The notes under the pieces are model-generated. The model did not search any database and was not told where the DNA came from. It worked only from the letters and a program-made list of their open reading frames with translations. The position numbers were made by a program, and so were the translations under genes. Below are positions 23,330 to 26,104 of a stretch of 26,104 nucleotides of DNA, piece by piece. The number at the start of each line of letters is the position of its first letter. Within the stretch, counting starts at the first letter, position 1. Source of the stretch: an uncultured Candidatus Saccharibacteria bacterium (lineage in GTDB: Bacteria > Patescibacteriota > Minisyncoccia > Phycocordibacterales > CSBR16-119); assembly GCA_964581875.1 (NCBI GenBank), contig CAZOPP010000003.1, forward strand, positions 1 through 26,104. Reading direction: 5' to 3'.

Positions 23330-25999
23330 TTAAAACTTTTCAAATTTCTCCATAATCTCCCCTTCCACTTCATCTCTCGGCCGACCAAACTTCATATAAG
23401 AAAGTTCTTTTATCGGATCAACTATCGAATTATTTCCTTGTGGCCAGTTGTCGGTTTTCATACTAAAAGGTTTTGCCGGCTGCCCACCCATAATCATCGC
23501 CATATACGCGTTTCGGTTATCGAGTTTGATAATATCGGAAACAGTGAAAACTGGTTCAACTCTTTTTTGCAGAGCTTCTGCATCTTCGGCGCTAATTCTA
23601 AAAATCGCCATCGAACCCACGTTACCTAAAACAGCACTTTTAATATTGTCAGGAAGCTGAGCCAAATATTGATGAGCGACGTTTAAAGATAGTTTGTATT
23701 TTCTAGCTTCTGAAAGAATTGAAGTTATCGAAGGTGTGACCACATTTTGAAATTCGTCGATATAAAGATAGAAAGGTGAAAAATTTGTTCCGACAGAATC
23801 AGCTCTGGAAAGCGCCGCCATCTGAAGTTTGCCGACGAGAATAAGTCCAATCAGATTTGAGTTTATCTCACCAAGTCTTCCCTTTGAAAGATTCACAAGC
23901 AAAATCTTTTTGTTGTCCATAATATCTCGGAAATTAAATGCCGACTTTTCTTGAGTAACTATCGGTCTCATAATTTCGTTTGAGATAAATGTATCGAATT
24001 TTGAAGTGATATATGGAACAAAATTTTCAAGACCTTGCTCCCCTTGAGTTGCTTCGGCATTTTTCCAAAATTGCTTCACGAGTGGATTATTTGTTTTTGA
24101 CAATTTCATATCGCGGAATTTCTTGTCTGACAAAACACGACTGATTTCAAGCAAAGTCGAACCTGTTTCGGGATCGTCCATAACCAAGTTTGCGCTGTTT
24201 TTGAAATATTGTTCGAACATTGGACCACCAGCTGTTTTCATATCGAAAAGCTGATTGAAAATTCCCATAAGTTCGTTTATCACAAAAGTTTTTTGCTCTG
24301 GCCTTGAAATATCATATTCGAGCATATTTAGTCCCATTGGACGCGGCGTATATGCTGGATCAAAATAAATAACGTCGTCGATTCTTTCTTTTGGAATATT
24401 TGCAAGTATTGTTTCTATGTCGTTTCCGTGAGGATCCATATAGCAAACACCGTTTCCAGCTTGAATATCTTGGATAATCATATTCATCATAATTCCAGTT
24501 TTTCCTGTTCCTGTTTGACCAATAATATACAAATGGCGAAGCCTGTCTTCTGGTTGCATGAAAACTGGAGTTTCTTTTCCTCTGTAAATATTTGTTCCAA
24601 GACGAAGACCTTCGAGTGTCATATTTGTCGGAGCTGGCGCTTGTCCGGCTTTTGATTCTTTTAATTCTGGAGTTGTCGATTCGCTTATTGGGAAGTGAAA
24701 AACAGTCGAAAGCTCTTCGAGGTTTAGCGACATCGATTCTTTTTCGTTTGGAACTCTAAAAGAAAAATTATGCAAAAATACCGGCAAAGAAGAATCTTTT
24801 ACTCTTTCAAATTTAAAACTGTTTGATTTTGACTTATTAAACTGTTCGAAAGAAGATTCAATATCAGAAACAATATCTTGTGCTCTGTTTTTAGAATGCG
24901 CCGAAGCAATAATTCTGATACTTGTATTCACGACAGTGCTTTTTAGCTTTTTGTTTATAGCTTCAATAGCATCTGTGTCAGCTTCTTTTTTCTCTTCTTC
25001 TTTTTCTACTTTTTTCGGATTGAAAATTCCAACTGCAAAGTTTTTCAGCTCTTTTTTTACGACAGCGTATTCGTCGATAGCATCTTTAAGCTTTTCACCC
25101 TTTTTAACTTTTTCTAAAATCCCAGAAAACTTTTTTATCAAACTCTCGCCCATTGGCACCACAACAATCTGAATTGCTGCACCTTCTGAATCGAGCCCAA
25201 GTTTTGAAAAAGCGTTTAAAACAGCGTTCATCGGGTCGTGACCAAGCTCGTCGTGAGTTGCTATTGGAAAAACATCTTCTTCGCGAAGAGTTGCATATGA
25301 AGCGACAATCTCAGAATCTTGGCTAAAAATATTGTAGTCGTCTGTAACTTCGTTTATCTTCGCGCTGTGATAGAAAGCCAAGATTTGCTTTTCGAGTAAT
25401 TCCTTTTTTTCTCTTGGAACAGAAACGTAAATAACCAAGTCGTTTGAATTGTAAGCATTTGCGATTTCAAGAGTGTAATATTGTTTGTCTTTGTTGTGTT
25501 CACCACGAGAGATTGCCTGCATTCCAGAAAGAAACTGCTTCATCCCTGTAATAAAATCAATGAAAGTTCTTTTTTCTTCTTTTACATTTCCCGGCAAAGT
25601 AATTTCAAAAAGCGCAAGATTTAGAGATTTGAATTCTGGTGAAGTTTCTTTTAATCCTGGAATATTTCCACTTGCATGTAAAAATTGAACCAAAAATCTG
25701 TGAACGTCATCTTCGATATGCGGGTTATTCATTCGAGAAACCAGGTCGAGCGTGTTTTTTATCCCGTGTTCTAAAAGATATCCGTAAATTTCAGACATTT
25801 TATCATCATGCTCTTCTGGTTTTAATTTCAAAACAACTTGCTCTGCGTGTTTTTCTTCTGCTTTATATCCTTTGTTTAAAATTTCTTCACTGTCTAACAT
25901 TTCGTATGCAGAAACAGCTTCTCTCGAAACTTCTTCACGTGATTTTGAAATATTTGATTCTCGAAGTTCTTTTTCTCGCTCTTCAATATGCTTACGCAA
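23330..25999 (-). CDS. VirB4/HerA/TrwB-like P-loop ATPase with large N-terminal domain
   Basis: RLRHLYIIGQTGTGKT (Walker A), CYMDPHG, LYIDEFQN (Walker B), SEARKYKLSL, HQYLAQL, LGNVGS; the frame stays open upstream to 26056 and is preceded by ATG-TAA at 26062-26057. Confidence 0.9.
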   Translation of the reverse strand: MRKHIEEREKELRESNISKSREEVSREAVSAYEMLDSEEILNKGYKAEEKHAEQVVLKLKPEEHDDKMSEIYGYLLEHGIKNTLDLVSRMNNPHIEDDVHRFLVQFLHASGNIPGLKETSPEFKSLNLALFEITLPGNVKEEKRTFIDFITGMKQFLSGMQAISRGEHNKDKQYYTLEIANAYNSNDLVIYVSVPREKKELLEKQILAFYHSAKINEVTDDYNIFSQDSEIVASYATLREEDVFPIATHDELGHDPMNAVLNAFSKLGLDSEGAAIQIVVVPMGESLIKKFSGILEKVKKGEKLKDAIDEYAVVKKELKNFAVGIFNPKKVEKEEEKKEADTDAIEAINKKLKSTVVNTSIRIIASAHSKNRAQDIVSDIESSFEQFNKSKSNSFKFERVKDSSLPVFLHNFSFRVPNEKESMSLNLEELSTVFHFPISESTTPELKESKAGQAPAPTNMTLEGLRLGTNIYRGKETPVFMQPEDRLRHLYIIGQTGTGKTGIMMNMIIQDIQAGNGVCYMDPHGNDIETILANIPKERIDDVIYFDPAYTPRPMGLNMLEYDISRPEQKTFVINELMGIFNQLFDMKTAGGPMFEQYFKNSANLVMDDPETGSTLLEISRVLSDKKFRDMKLSKTNNPLVKQFWKNAEATQGEQGLENFVPYITSKFDTFISNEIMRPIVTQEKSAFNFRDIMDNKKILLVNLSKGRLGEINSNLIGLILVGKLQMAALSRADSVGTNFSPFYLYIDEFQNVVTPSITSILSEARKYKLSLNVAHQYLAQLPDNIKSAVLGNVGSMAIFRISAEDAEALQKRVEPVFTVSDIIKLDNRNAYMAMIMGGQPAKPFSMKTDNWPQGNNSIVDPIKELSYMKFGRPRDEVEGEIMEKFEKF

Positions 26000-26104
26000 A
26001 AAATCTATCTCCTCTTCAGGAGAATTAAATTTTGGAGTTTCTTTAAAATAAGTACCTTACATTCCTATATTGTAGCAAAATAATTTTTATTTAAGAAAAG
26101 GAAA

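Noticed and set aside
120-26028. Many 60-160 aa ORFs antisense to or overlapping strong genes (e.g. 2897-3337, 4657-5067, 12659-13072, 14967-15458, 15421-15684, 20903-21295, 22504-22815, 23200-23388, 25639-26028)
   Set aside because: They are shadow frames of well-supported genes, Phe/Ser/Leu-rich, with no motifs or expression signals.
1-26104. UGA recoding (genetic code 25/4)
   Set aside because: All conserved genes are full length under code 11, with no internal TGA needed.

Overview
AT-rich (roughly one-third GC by eye), gene-dense bacterial chromosome segment. It is most consistent with Patescibacteria/CPR, Parcubacteria-like; this is an inference from the variant TruB, the long NDK, the stand-alone VirB4/HerA-like ATPase and the lack of intact biosynthetic operons. 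Housekeeping content: comF, recG, ftsH, smpB plus tmRNA, truB-like, infC-rpmI-rplT, a beta-CASP nuclease and ndk. Accessory content: a nucleotide-enzyme cluster interleaved with two tRNA-Ser genes, DUF3095, a membrane histidine kinase, an orphan PurD-like ATP-grasp protein, EamA, a lone receiver protein, DUF1761, a Cys-repeat surface protein and a SLOG protein. I found no CRISPR array, integrase or transposase. The most unusual signals lie outside the ORF track: (1) a fully paired tRNA-Ser with an A34 anticodon (ACU) next to a Zn-deaminase gene, with the normal tRNA-Ser(GCU) also present; (2) tRNA-Ile(UAU); (3) a GC-rich palindrome inserted in frame in recG; (4) a hairpin-rich mini-element behind tmRNA whose ends are inverted and direct copies of the tmRNA 3' end; (5) a 155-180 nt rod-like hairpin near 23.1 kb; (6) a possible small RNA or peptide unit near 21.2 kb; (7) hidden small ORFs; (8) recurrent leaderless-type promoters, one of which points at an in-frame ATG-TAA at the start of the VirB4-like gene. 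All product calls come from motif recognition only; no database searches were run.
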